DNA of 34,867 nt, from NCBI RefSeq assembly GCF_000143415.4, contig NW_003314441.1, positions 1 to 34,867 of the forward strand, read 5' to 3'. The notes beneath the pieces are model-generated. The model saw only the letters and a list, made by a program, of their open reading frames with translations. It searched no databases and had not been told where the DNA came from. Positions 10,546 through 21,807 of the stretch are shown here, one piece after another. The stretch is from Selaginella moellendorffii (lineage: Eukaryota; Plantae; Lycopodiophyta). The translations under genes and the position numbers were made by a program. Position 1 is the stretch's first letter. Each line of letters starts with the position of its first letter.

Positions 10546-13516
10546 CTGATAAAAATTCAATTATTATACAGAAGAAATAGCTGGAACTATGAAGTCCTCT
10601 ATTTTTAATTAGAATATTAGATATTGTTATAGACAATAATATTTTTATATTCTACTTTAATATATTTTTTTGAGAATTTATAATGAAATTGCTAAATGGG
10701 TTTTTCAAGATGATAAATATATAAGACATTACCAAATAGTAATTTTGAATGTTATATTAATAATTAATATTTAAATCTTACATTTGTTTTAAAAAAAATA
10801 GATAATGGAGTATTTGAGCAAAGAAAGAAAGTATAAGAGTGCTACTGTTTTGAAATATAAATTAGCATTTAATTTCAAAACTAAATTCTTTTACTTTTTT
10901 AGAGATCATTAGTGCTAAAAAAGTCCTGTTTAGTGCTTAAAATACCCAATGCTAAATATATAAAAGAAATCATTATTAATTAATCAGTTTTCAGAATCAT
11001 ATTTAGGTTTCATGTTTAGAGTTTACTAAAATATTCATCTTAAAATACATATAAGTTATACATGTAAATATTATGAATGTCAAAGATATGTTTTATTATA
11101 ATTTCAAAAAATGTTAATTATTATTTAGGTTTTCATTTATATTTTAAAATGCAAACTGTTTTAATAATTTTTATATTTAGATTAAAATTTAAGTATCAAT
11201 TGGTTTTGATACAAGAAAATGAAGAAGTATTGAGAATAATAATGCATTAGTAACACTTTACTGACAATTGATAAGCTTAATACAACAATTTGAATACTAA
11301 ATTAAAAACTTTTTAAAAAAAATTTACATATTTATAGTATTTTTAAAAATGTTAAATAATATATCATTTACAAAATATTAGATTCTTAATATATATATAT
11401 ATATATATATACTTACTTATGTGTTGGATCCATTTTTATATTTAAAACATTAGTAATTTAATAATCTAAATTAATCAATAATCATGTGCCCTTTTATATA
11501 ATTACTGAATAGTAAGTAGTCTTGAATAATTTTATATATATGTATTTTAAAATTTTAATTTTCTAGATTTTTATCTGTATATGATTTGAATTGTTTTGGC
11601 TATAGACAATCTGATAGCAAATTATTAAAATTTTCAAAATGTTTTAATGCGTTTGGAATCATGATTTACATATATAGCTTACTAGCATGATATCACCTAA
11701 ATATAATCCTGATGATTCTTGGTTTATTTATTATTTAAATTTAATCTGATTATTCTTGATATTTAATTGGGAGCTTTTCTATTACTTTTTAGCCTAAAAC
11801 ACTTTCCTTGAGAAGTTCATATAAAACAAATTTTTTAATATTTTACACTCCTTTATCTCTTAACTTTCTTCATTCTATGTTTTTCTTTCTCAAGAATTTT
11901 GTCTCTTCATCATTGAATTTTCACAGTGGTTATGTTATGCATTATGAGTTATAAAATGTATTACTCTTGATGTTTTGCTAAATCATGTTCTGGTTGGAAA
12001 GGTTTTAGAGGTGTAATAATATTTTATATTTTAATAAATATCTAATATAAATATTTCAAAATATTATTCTCTAAGATGGATGTGAGATGTTCCATTAGCA
12101 CAAGTTTGTGCTTGGGCTCATGAGTGAGGCACATTAGCAACTCAAGGTTACACTTTTATGTTTTCTAGTGGAGTTGCATCATTCTCAAAAATATAGCACA
12201 GTATTGTGCTTTATTTTGAAACCATGAACTTCTCTTTTTTAAAAAGTAACGTTACATAAAGAGTACTAACAAAGACCCTAGCTTCACTAGGAAATAGTGT
12301 ATACCCAAGATAAATAAATCTTCTTTTCTTATTTTACAATGTTGATTGTATACAAGGTCAAATTTATCTAAATTTTGCTACTATTCGTATCCAGACAAAT
12401 GCACAATAATGCAAGATAAGATCTTTTTTTTATTATCATTAAATTTGAATTTGAGTTTTTTTGCATTTATATAATAATAACATAATCTAACATAGAAAAT
12501 AAATCATTGTATAAATATTGAGACAAACAATAAAACTCATGTAAAACTGCTGGTAGATTTCAGTAAGATTATGAGCAAAGAGACTAATTGAAAATATAAA
12601 AGGGTTTGTTATTTTTGAGATATTATTAAGAAATGAATTTGATATTTTTATGTGTATGAGATTACTTTTACCATATTAGATAGCATGTCATATATGAGAC
12701 ATGAATACATAATTTTATCATAAAGCATTAGTACAGATTTTTTATAATGCAAACATTATATCTCTCATATAATTATTATCTTTGGATGTACCTCTTTTCA
12801 ACACCCCTAATGTAGTGTGAATATCTAAATAGATTTAATTATGTCTATTTAAATGTAAAACCAGACACATAATAAATATTCTATTATTCTTTAGAAAGCT
12901 ATGAAAGTTAGAGGCATCATTAGAGTTGAGATAAAATAAATTTAGCTCAGTATGCAATTAAAATTATAATTTCTTCAAACTAACTTATTATTTTTTGGTA
13001 GTCTATAATTCTTCAGTTTTGTGAAAACTTAATTACTTTTAAAGCATGACAGCAATCTTGTTTATGTTTTTAGGGTTTTCTACCTTTCAATAAAAAATTC
13101 AAATTCAAATTTAATGATGATTAAAAATGACCTTATTTTCCCCAACACTTGCATTATTATCTAATTGCATTATTATGCATTTCTCTGGAGATGAATAATA
13201 GTAAAATTTATATAAATTTAACCTTGAATACAATCAAAATTTCCAACATTGTAAAATTAGAAAAGAAGATCTATTTATCTTGGGTATGCTATATCTCCCA
13301 GCGGAGCTGGGATCTCTGCTAGTACTCATATATTTAAACGAAAGAGCCGGTATAATAATAGCATATACTGGCGTCACTTATTCTGGGCATATGCCAAAAT
13401 CTAATGGCTGAGATTAAACAATGGAGAGCCGTGACTTTTGGGATCATAAAAAATTTCAATTCTCTTTTAGGGCGCGTGAGCACGAGCAGAGAGCGTCAAT
13501 CATCGCTTGTGGGAAG

Positions 13517-13519
<3 letters not shown>

Positions 13520-13553
<34 letters not shown>
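13520..13553 (+). repeat. (CT)n microsatellite in Helitron 5' module
   Basis: Seen directly. Confidence 0.95.
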
Positions 13554-13559
<6 letters not shown>

Positions 13560-14011
13560 TTGTTTCTCTGTTTGCAAAGGTTTGAGAGGCTCACGGCTTT
13601 CTCTGTGTCGCCATAGTTGTGCTCGATGATCAGCGAGAACAGGCTCAACGCCTTCCAGACTTACGTGGGGAACAAATCCGCCAGCATCCGCCTGCGCAGG
13701 TGCATTTGGTAGATCGACGTGCTCTGCTCGGAAATGCGACGAGGATTGGGAGTGAAAGGCGAAGAGGCTCTGATGGAGCGCACGACAGGGATGACGTCTC
13801 GGAAAATGAGGGGATTCACGTTGTCATCGATGACTAGAATCAAGGTTCTTCACTCTCTTGCTCGTTGCCATTCTTTTTTCGAGTCTCTCAAGTCCCTGTT
13901 TGTTCCAGGTTCTCGAGGCTGGAACCACGACTAGAATCAAGGTTTTTCACTCTCTTGCTCTTCGCTATTCAACTGGAAATATGGTTTTGATCATGTTTTG
14001 CTGGGATCGTG

Positions 14012-15281
14012 CAGGGACGTACATCTGGAGCAAGCCTGTGATGAAAGGAACGCACCCTTCTCCTCGGGACAGCCACAGCCCCACGGCCGTCGGGTCTAAG
14101 CTCTATGTGTTTGGTGGTACCGATGGAACCAGCCCGCTAGATGATCTCTTTGTTTTGGATACTGGTAAGCGAGTTCTATCAAATTTTTTTTCTTGTTCTT
14201 ATCATCCAATGCAGCTGCCAACACCTGGGGGAAACCCGACGTTTTTGGTGATGTTCCTGCTCCGAGAGAAGGACATAGCACATCTCTCATCGGTGACAAC
14301 CTGTTAGTGTTTGGGGGATGTGGGAAATCCAGCGATCCCTCAGAGGAGGAGTACTACAACGACCTCCATGTTTTGAACATGAGTAATATCCTGTTATCTT
14401 TCCTGGTTTTCTTCTAAACTCTTTTTTTTCCTGTAGATACTTTTTTCTGGAAGAAGATTTCTACCACTGGAGTCTCACCTATTCCTCGGGATATCCATAA
14501 TAAGAACTGTTGCATTGTCATGGGTGGCAAGAACGGTGGTAATGCCTATCTATACGACATTCATATTCTGGACACAGGTACATACATTGTGCTGGTTTTA
14601 AACTTGCGAATTCATTTGTGTTTCCAGAAACAATGGCATGGCGGGAGGTAAAGACGACTAGTGCCGAGCTGATGCCAAGAGCTGGTGAACGCAGGGCGAG
14701 GCATATTATTCTTCTATGGGGGATGTAACGAAGAGCTTGAAGCTCTGGATGACATGTATTTCCTCGACACAGGTTGGCTTCTTCTTTTATTGACATTGCT
14801 GCTGACAATATGGTTGCCGTTTTTCTGTGAAAAGATGCTGAGGGAGAAAGATCCATCAGAACCAAAGCTACCCATGCGTAAGGAACTTAAGAGAAGGCGG
14901 CAAGAGTATCGTGCCACGCCATTCGTGCTAGACAAGCAACGGGATGCGGACAAGAGCTTGGTTTCATCTCACGGAGGTATCTGCAGAAAACCTTGGACCT
15001 CTCCAAATTTTCTCTGTCAAACTCATGCTACAGAGTTTCAAGCTCACGTTCAGCCGCTAGGCGAGAAGATGTTCGAGGCTAAAGTAAGCGACGTATTCAA
15101 CTACAGATACACGCTAGAAGCCTCCATCGATGGGAAGCTCTTCCGTGGGCTGCTCTTCTCGTACAAGCCTGGTTTTGCTCAGGCAGTGCAATCTTACATC
15201 CTCAGTTACTCTCTAATGCCAGGAAGGAAAGCATCACAGGAGGAAACCACAGCACGTCCAAAAGGCCGTAGTAAAAGCTAA
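14012..15281 (+). pseudogene. Kelch-repeat (galactose oxidase/kelch superfamily) gene copy, 5'-truncated with internal deletions
   Basis: Kelch blades WSKPVMKGTHPSPRDSHS..KLYVFGGTDG and WGKPDVFGDVPAPREGHS..LVFGGCGK. C-terminal 'FEAKVSDVFNYRYTLEASIDGKLFRGLLFS'. Introns are retained. Blades near 14490 and 14685 are broken by deletions or frameshift. Confidence 0.8.
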
Positions 15282-15552
15282 CCGAGAAAAGAGGAGTTCA
15301 AAGAAACCATGGATATCCATACCTGCTCTTCCTATAATTATTAAAGTTTCACAAAGTCTTTATTACACAGCCTCACCTTTTTTTTGTTCTTCTGGATTAT
15401 CAGTTGTTTCTTCTTTGTCTACACAATACAAAAGATTGTTTTTTAGTAATGTGCTTTTTTTTGTTAGTTTACCTTCTTTATAATCTTCTGTGAACACGGA
15501 CGTGAAAAGGTGATACACTGCTAGAATCCTTCCTAATCGACTCTCTTTTGCA

Positions 15553-16100
15553 GAGTGGGTGATAATACATGGTCCCTACTTTACACTTCTATAATGCAAA
15601 AGCTACAGGCTTGCCACAAAGAGGGGTATAAACTGGTGAAGTGCAATGATTTCCTTCCTCAGAAACGGTAGTGTGGTTGCTCTAGGATCTGACTGGCCTG
15701 TAAGCCTGTCAAATACTTTTTCTTCGGCGTTACATGAATGGTTTGTCTCAAGGTGGTAGCAGTGAATCCACTTGGAGGAATCCGCACAGCCATGGAGAGA
15801 ACACTTCAGGCTGGAGTCATCCCAAGGAAAGGATTTCTGCATGGGACGTAGTGGCAGGGTAAGAGATAACAGATGAGAAACTGAAATGCAGTTTTTGTTT
15901 TTGGATTCACAGGTACACATCCTCGGCTGTGTATGCAGCTGCATTGGAGGATTTGGTTGGGTCGCTGACGCCAGGAAAGTTTGCTGACTTTGTGGTGTTG
16001 TCCGAGTCTCCTTTTGGACAGGGCACAGGCATTTTTCCTCCAGTGGTTGTGTTCGTTGGTGGAAATTTTGCCTTCCCTTCTGAAGGCGTTATTCCATAAT
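15553..16100 (+). pseudogene. Amidohydrolase_3 (LAF3/YtcJ-like) C-terminal fragment
   Basis: 'VVALGSDWP|intron|VVAVNPLGGIRTAMER' and 'YTSSAVYAAALEDLVGSLTPGKFADFVVLS' are the C-terminal signatures of this family. The N-terminus is absent and the frame is broken. Confidence 0.75.
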
Positions 16101-16127
16101 TACTTGGTCTTTTAAATATAGCATATT

Positions 16128-16570
16128 TGCGAGAAGATTCGTGAGGAGAAAGCAGCCAGAATCATCAAGCAGCTGGTAAAGACATTCAAAGAGATTTATT
16201 TGAGGGGCGTGGTTCACCAGAATCTCAAGCTCGACAACATTCTTTCCAAACTAAACATGCATGACAAGTGGTGATCAGCACCTTTAGGAGATATCACAAC
16301 AGCGAAGTACATGGCAGCTGAGGTGGTGGAGAACAAGGATTGGAGCTCTACATGGCAGCCATCGAAATGTGGGGGCTAGGAGCAATTTTATACAAGACGC
16401 TGGGAAAGGGAGGATACCAGCCAATGGAAGCATTTGATCTCATGTGACAGGGGGCGACCTCTGTTTCGGATCCACGGCCAACATCTTAGAAAGGAGATCC
16501 TCTGCTGCAAACAAGCAAGGACCAATCAGGTTCAGGTTCGATCAGGTTCTGCAACACCCATGGATTTGTC
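16128..16570 (+). pseudogene. Degenerate Ser/Thr kinase fragment (CAMK/SnRK-like subdomains VI-IX)
   Basis: 'EEKAARIIKQLV...GVVHQNLKLDNIL' (HRDLK decayed), 'YMAAEVV' and 'IEMWGLGAILY', lying in different frames. Confidence 0.7.
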
Positions 16571-16932
16571 AAAAATTGCAGCATTAAGACCGACAAGCTG
16601 TGAAGGAGTGGTGTGAAAAGGAGTGCTCCCGGCCTTGAGAACAAGAAAGTTCAAGTGGCTTAAAAGAAAATGCCAGCAGTAAGTTCCTATTTCCTTTTCA
16701 CCATTACTAACTTCATTTGCTTGCGTTTTTCTTTTTTGTATTCTCCGGACATCAACATCTCTTATGTCTATGGCTGGAAAACATTTTCAGTGGCTGCCGA
16801 GAACAAATGCAGAATGAAAACAAGTTGGAACGAAAAGGAAAACGAGGGAGTTGAAATGTAAAGAAAGAATTGTAAAACGTTTATTGATATATAAATAAAG
16901 ATCAAAGTTGAATCGAGATCTTTCACTAATCA

Positions 16933-19900
16933 TCCAATATATTTAAATGAAAGAGCCTCATTGATCATTGCAGTAGGTGGCTCTAATTTTATATATATCG
17001 CTCAGATGTAGTCTAAGATTTATGTAATATCATAAATTTTCTAACATTTTTTCTTACATTGTAATTATACATGACAAAAATAATAAGGTATAAATATCAT
17101 TGAGACAACATTAGTACAAGAACCATCTAAAGAAATGTGATTCATCATCAATTGAACATTAATTATATTAAATCTATCTATATACCATTTATGAATTTTC
17201 TGGTATATTATATTTTTAGAATAAAGAAAATTTTTATATATCATTATTACCTCAGTATAGAGTAAAACCTTGCCATTCATTTATCATTATAAAATTTCAT
17301 CCTTTATAATATTGTAATAAAGCCTTAATTTTAAATATAAATCCATGAAAATAGAGAGATAATAACTTATTTTACATTAGCATTCTCTCTATTAAAAAAC
17401 ACATACAGAAATAATGCTAATGATATAAAGTAGAATACTTCTAATATTAAATATTACTCTCAAAATGTAAGAATATAAGTATTAGGAATAAGGGAATATC
17501 AAAGATAAATATGTAAAATTTTGAAATTTTTCTAAAACAATATAACACATAAAGGTAATTTCTATCACTTAGTATCATGCAATTCCAAAACTTTCAGTCT
17601 AAAGAGATGAAAAATAAAACTCAATAAAAATGGTTATATTTTTTAATTTTATAAGATGTATATAGTTTAAGTGAGTTTTAAATCTTTATTTTTGAAACCA
17701 TTATATTTTAGTGTACTTAAGAAACAAATTTTTTCAAGAGGAAAAATTGTAGATCAATTATATGGAGATTTTAAATAAATAAAATAGTTACCAAGCCTCA
17801 ATATTTAATTGACTCATCTGGCCATGGAATCCCACAGTGAAAAATTCCATTTATAGAAGATCATGCAGCACTCAGAGTTTTAAATGTTATATTATGTTAT
17901 AAGTTAAATTTATTATATTATTTATTATGTTATATTTTTAAAATGGATTTTAAATATAAATATTATATTATGTTATGTTAACTATGTATGTTATAATTAT
18001 GATTATATTAAAATTATAATTATGATTTCAAATTTTTGAAATACTAAAACATTAAGAATAAACATGATGCTCCCAGCGTGGATATATTGGAAGTTTCAAA
18101 CCAAATAATGAAAAATATGCAGCTTATTCACAATGAAATATTTTAGATACTGCTCAAGCAACGGAGATAAAAATCAAAAAACAAACACAATTCTAAATGC
18201 AATGAGCAACTAATGGGTGGTCTTGATAAATTATTAAAAGAGATAAATCCCTATACTAATGCATTCACAATATTGTAAGAAATAGAGAATGAAGTGTTAA
18301 AATTAACAAATTTTCAAGGAGGCATAAATGATATCGTAATACATATAAAAGGCAATTAGACAACTGATCCAAGATAATATAATGCACTAGGTTCAAATGA
18401 TTTTAAACATTTAGTTGTACAAAGATGGTATTCATTAATGAATTTTTTTATTATGTCTACTATGTACGATATATTTAAAACAAAAAATATGTTCAATATG
18501 TTTAAACATGTATTATCAAATCAATCATAAACTCTTTCTTCTATAGAATAAAAACTTTATAGAACAAAGAGTATCTGATTAATTCAATGCTACATTATTA
18601 AAATTAAACATAATTGTTTTACAAAGATGGTATATAGTACACACAATAAAAGATATACTATAAAGTTAAAAGTAAATTAAGTAGTGACTATAGAAATTAT
18701 ATATTTTATAACTTAAAATAGAAGAGTTGGATAGCTCCAGCTATTATATCTTGTAAATAAGTTATACTTTTATCATAATCTTATGATTTTTAACTTTATG
18801 ATATTGCACAAATATGAGACTACATCTAAGCTAAGAGACAACTCAATATGAGTAGATTCATTGATGAATGTGTAATAAGTCTGTTATTTACACTAATAAT
18901 TTGTGCATTGATACATGGAAAACAGATACATAAAATATCATTGAGACAATATTAGACAAATACAAAAGGCTACCATTCCTCATCACTTAAAATTTTATTT
19001 TTAAAAAAGCAATCAATGGACCTTTTTTTATTTTCTGATATGTTATGGTTTTAAGAAAAAATCAATATTATGAATCATCAATACCATAATATCAGGATAA
19101 AAACATAACTTTCATTGAAATATTTTAGTCTCAATGTAAATTTATATAAAAATAAATTAAAAATAAAGGTAAAAATCTTAATTCATTTTAGCATTCTCTC
19201 TATATAAAAACATATACACAAAGAAACTTAATGATATAAAATATAATACCTTAACCTTTAGATAGTACTTCTAAAAAGCATAAATGTAAATATTATGAAG
19301 GGACAGGATATCGAATACAAATATGGAAAAAATAATTCAAAATAAAATATAATGTAATTTTAAGTAATATTTTTAAATAAATTTTAAAAAGTACTAAATA
19401 AAATAAAAGAAAAAAAGTATCTAAATTAGAATATAAAAAAGTAATTTCTATAAAAATATGATATTTTCTTACATAAAATAGAGGAGTTAATAGTTCTAGA
19501 TATTTGTTGTGTAAAATATTTTCTCATTAGTAAACTTATGGTTGGCTAAGATGTAGTCTAAGATTTATATAATATCATAAATTTTCTACCACTTTATCCT
19601 ACATTGCATTTATACATGAAAACATAATAAGGTATAAATATGATTGAGATAACATTAGTACATGGACCATATACAGAATTTTAATTATATGATATTAAAC
19701 CTATCTATATACCATTTATGAATTTTCTGATATATTATAGCTCTAGCATAAAGTCAAGATTATATATCATCAAACCCTACTCTACCCCAGTATAGAGTAA
19801 AAAATTACCATTCATTTATCATCATAAAGTTTCAGCATTCATAACAGTGTTATAAAGCCTTAATTTTAAATATAAAAGCATGAATATAAATAAATAATAA

Positions 19901-20676
19901 TATTATTTTAGATTTATAAAACTAAATACAGAAATAATGTTTATGATATATAATAGAATACTTTCTATTTTAAATATTACTCTCAAAATGCATGAATATA
20001 AATATTAGGTAAAAAGGGAGTATCAATGATAAATATGTAAAATATTAAAAGTTTTTAAAAGAAAATATAACACATAAAGCTAACGTCTTTCACTTATTAT
20101 TATGCAATTCCAAAACTTTCAGTCTGAAATGATGAATAGAGAAACTCCATAACAATGTTTATATTTTTTAGATTTAAAAGATGTATGCACTTTAAGTGAG
20201 TTTTTAAATATATATTAAATATATTTTTAACATCATTAGAATTGAGTGTACCTAAGTAGCACATACTTTGTTAAGAGGAGTAATTATATAGTTTAATAAA
20301 TCATCAAATAATAAGATTTTTATCAATTATATAGAGATTTCAAATAAAAGAAGAAATTAGTTAATAAAAAATGACTCATCTGGCCATGGGATCCCACAGT
20401 GAGAAATTCCATTTACAGAATATCCAAGACTTCAGTCAACAATCAGAATTTTAAATATAATATAATGTACTGAGTTATATTTATTATGTTATGATGTTTG
20501 TTGGTGATGGAGTCAATTGTTGAAGATATTTTTAATATAAATATTATGTTATGTTTAACTATATATCTTATAATTATGATTATGTTAAAAATTACAAATA
20601 CGCTTACAACTCTTTGAAATTATTACAATATCAGAAATAAACACAATGCTCCCAACGTAGCTGGGACTTTTGCTAG
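16933..20676 (+). mobile_element. Non-autonomous Helitron, ~3.74 kb, both ends visible
   Basis: A|TCCAATATATTTAAATGAAAGAGCC ... TCCCAAC-GTA-GCTGGGA, CTAG(20673-20676)|T, i.e. inserted between A and T. Contains two copies of the AT-rich 3' segment (~16998-18080; ~19545-20676) and Rep/Hel remnants. Confidence 0.85.
18082..18400 (+). pseudogene. Helitron Rep/Hel fragment
   Basis: IGSFKPNNEKYAAYSQ*NILDTAQA..LDKLLKEINPYTNAF..DPR*YNA. This continues the protein from where the 277-380 remnant stops. Confidence 0.75.
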
Positions 20677-21807
20677 TACTCATATATTTAAATGAAAGAG
20701 CCGGTATAATAATAGCATATGTTGGGGACACTTATTCTGGGTATATGCCAAGATCTAACGGCTGAGATATAATTAAAAACTTTTCAATTCAGAAACTTTT
20801 TAATTGTGGCTTTTAGGGCAAACAAGAGTGAGGCGAACCACAGGGTGCTATGCAAAGAGCAGGCAAATCTATGGGTTACTGCAAGGTTCTCTCTCTCTCC
20901 TTCTTTCCTTGTGTGTGGGATTATGTGCAGAATTCTCTTTCAGTGTACTTTGGTTATAAATTATAAGAAAATGGTGCTGCGTGCATGGTGCCCCATCTTT
21001 GATAAGGTTGGTTTAGGTGTTCTGCTATGGGAATGAATAGGCCTTCATTGCACCATAGGATGTCATAAATTATTATTGTAATTTCTTTGTACATACTTTG
21101 ATAAGGCAATCCTAGGAAGACCTCATTTTGGTAATTTTTGAAGGAAATGATAGTTCATGGGCATTGGGAATGCATATTTCCATCACTTTACTAGATAATA
21201 ATAATACAGTTACTCATTAGCATTTAGACCCCAGCTCTGTTGAGCAAACAAATATAAATTTTGAATGAGCAGTATACAAACATCCACTTTTTGCTAGTGA
21301 ATTTGGCAGTAACAGTGAATTCCTGAAGTACCATTGTACTCTTTCTTTCAGTTTTGAAGTTATGCTTAATCAACTTAGCCACAAAGACTCATGAAAGAGC
21401 TCATTGTCATTGGATAAATTGCTAGAAGACTTGCTAACAGTGGGGAGGATGCAAGGAGAGAATTAATGGCAACACTGCTATATTTCTTCCTTTTCCCCTC
21501 TTCTCTTTTAGATAAACTATGGCCTACCAGCCTTAGAAAAGGACTCTTTACCAGTAATTTTTCCCCCTCTTCTATATGGCAAGAGTGGATGCAAGCACTT
21601 AGCACTTGCATCATGCACCTACAAGTTACTGTGACTAACTTGTAACATCAAAAGCTGTAAATGATTATTAACACTTTTTTAGACATGGCTATCTCTTTAC
21701 TTTTTTTCAGACTTACTTGTTGTTCTTCTCCAAAATATATATAACAACATCTTTTCATTTTGAAAACTTTCAGCTACTTTTTCCGGTGGAGCTGGGAGCC
21801 TTGCTAG
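20677..21807 (+). mobile_element. Short Helitron (first 3 bases TCA probably left at 16930-16932)
   Basis: Begins TACTCATATATTTAAATGAAAGAGCCGG (nearly identical to 13323-13415). Ends with degenerate hairpin TTCCGGTGGAGCTGGGA, then GCCTTG-CTAG (21804-21807). Confidence 0.7.

Larger units (their letters stand above)
8575..13322 (+). mobile_element. Helitron (putative single element; spans an assembly gap)
   Basis: 5' A|TCATACTCCCTTATTTAAAC resembles the other 5' modules. 3' hairpin TCCCAGC-GGA-GCTGGGA (13296-13312) and CTAG (13319-13322). Pairing of the two ends is inferred across the N gap. Confidence 0.6.

Noticed and set aside
379-20676. LTR pair or CRISPR-like array from the long direct repeats
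   Set aside because: The repeats end in Helitron hairpin+CTAG, lack TG..CA/PBS/PPT, and no regular repeat-spacer pattern exists.
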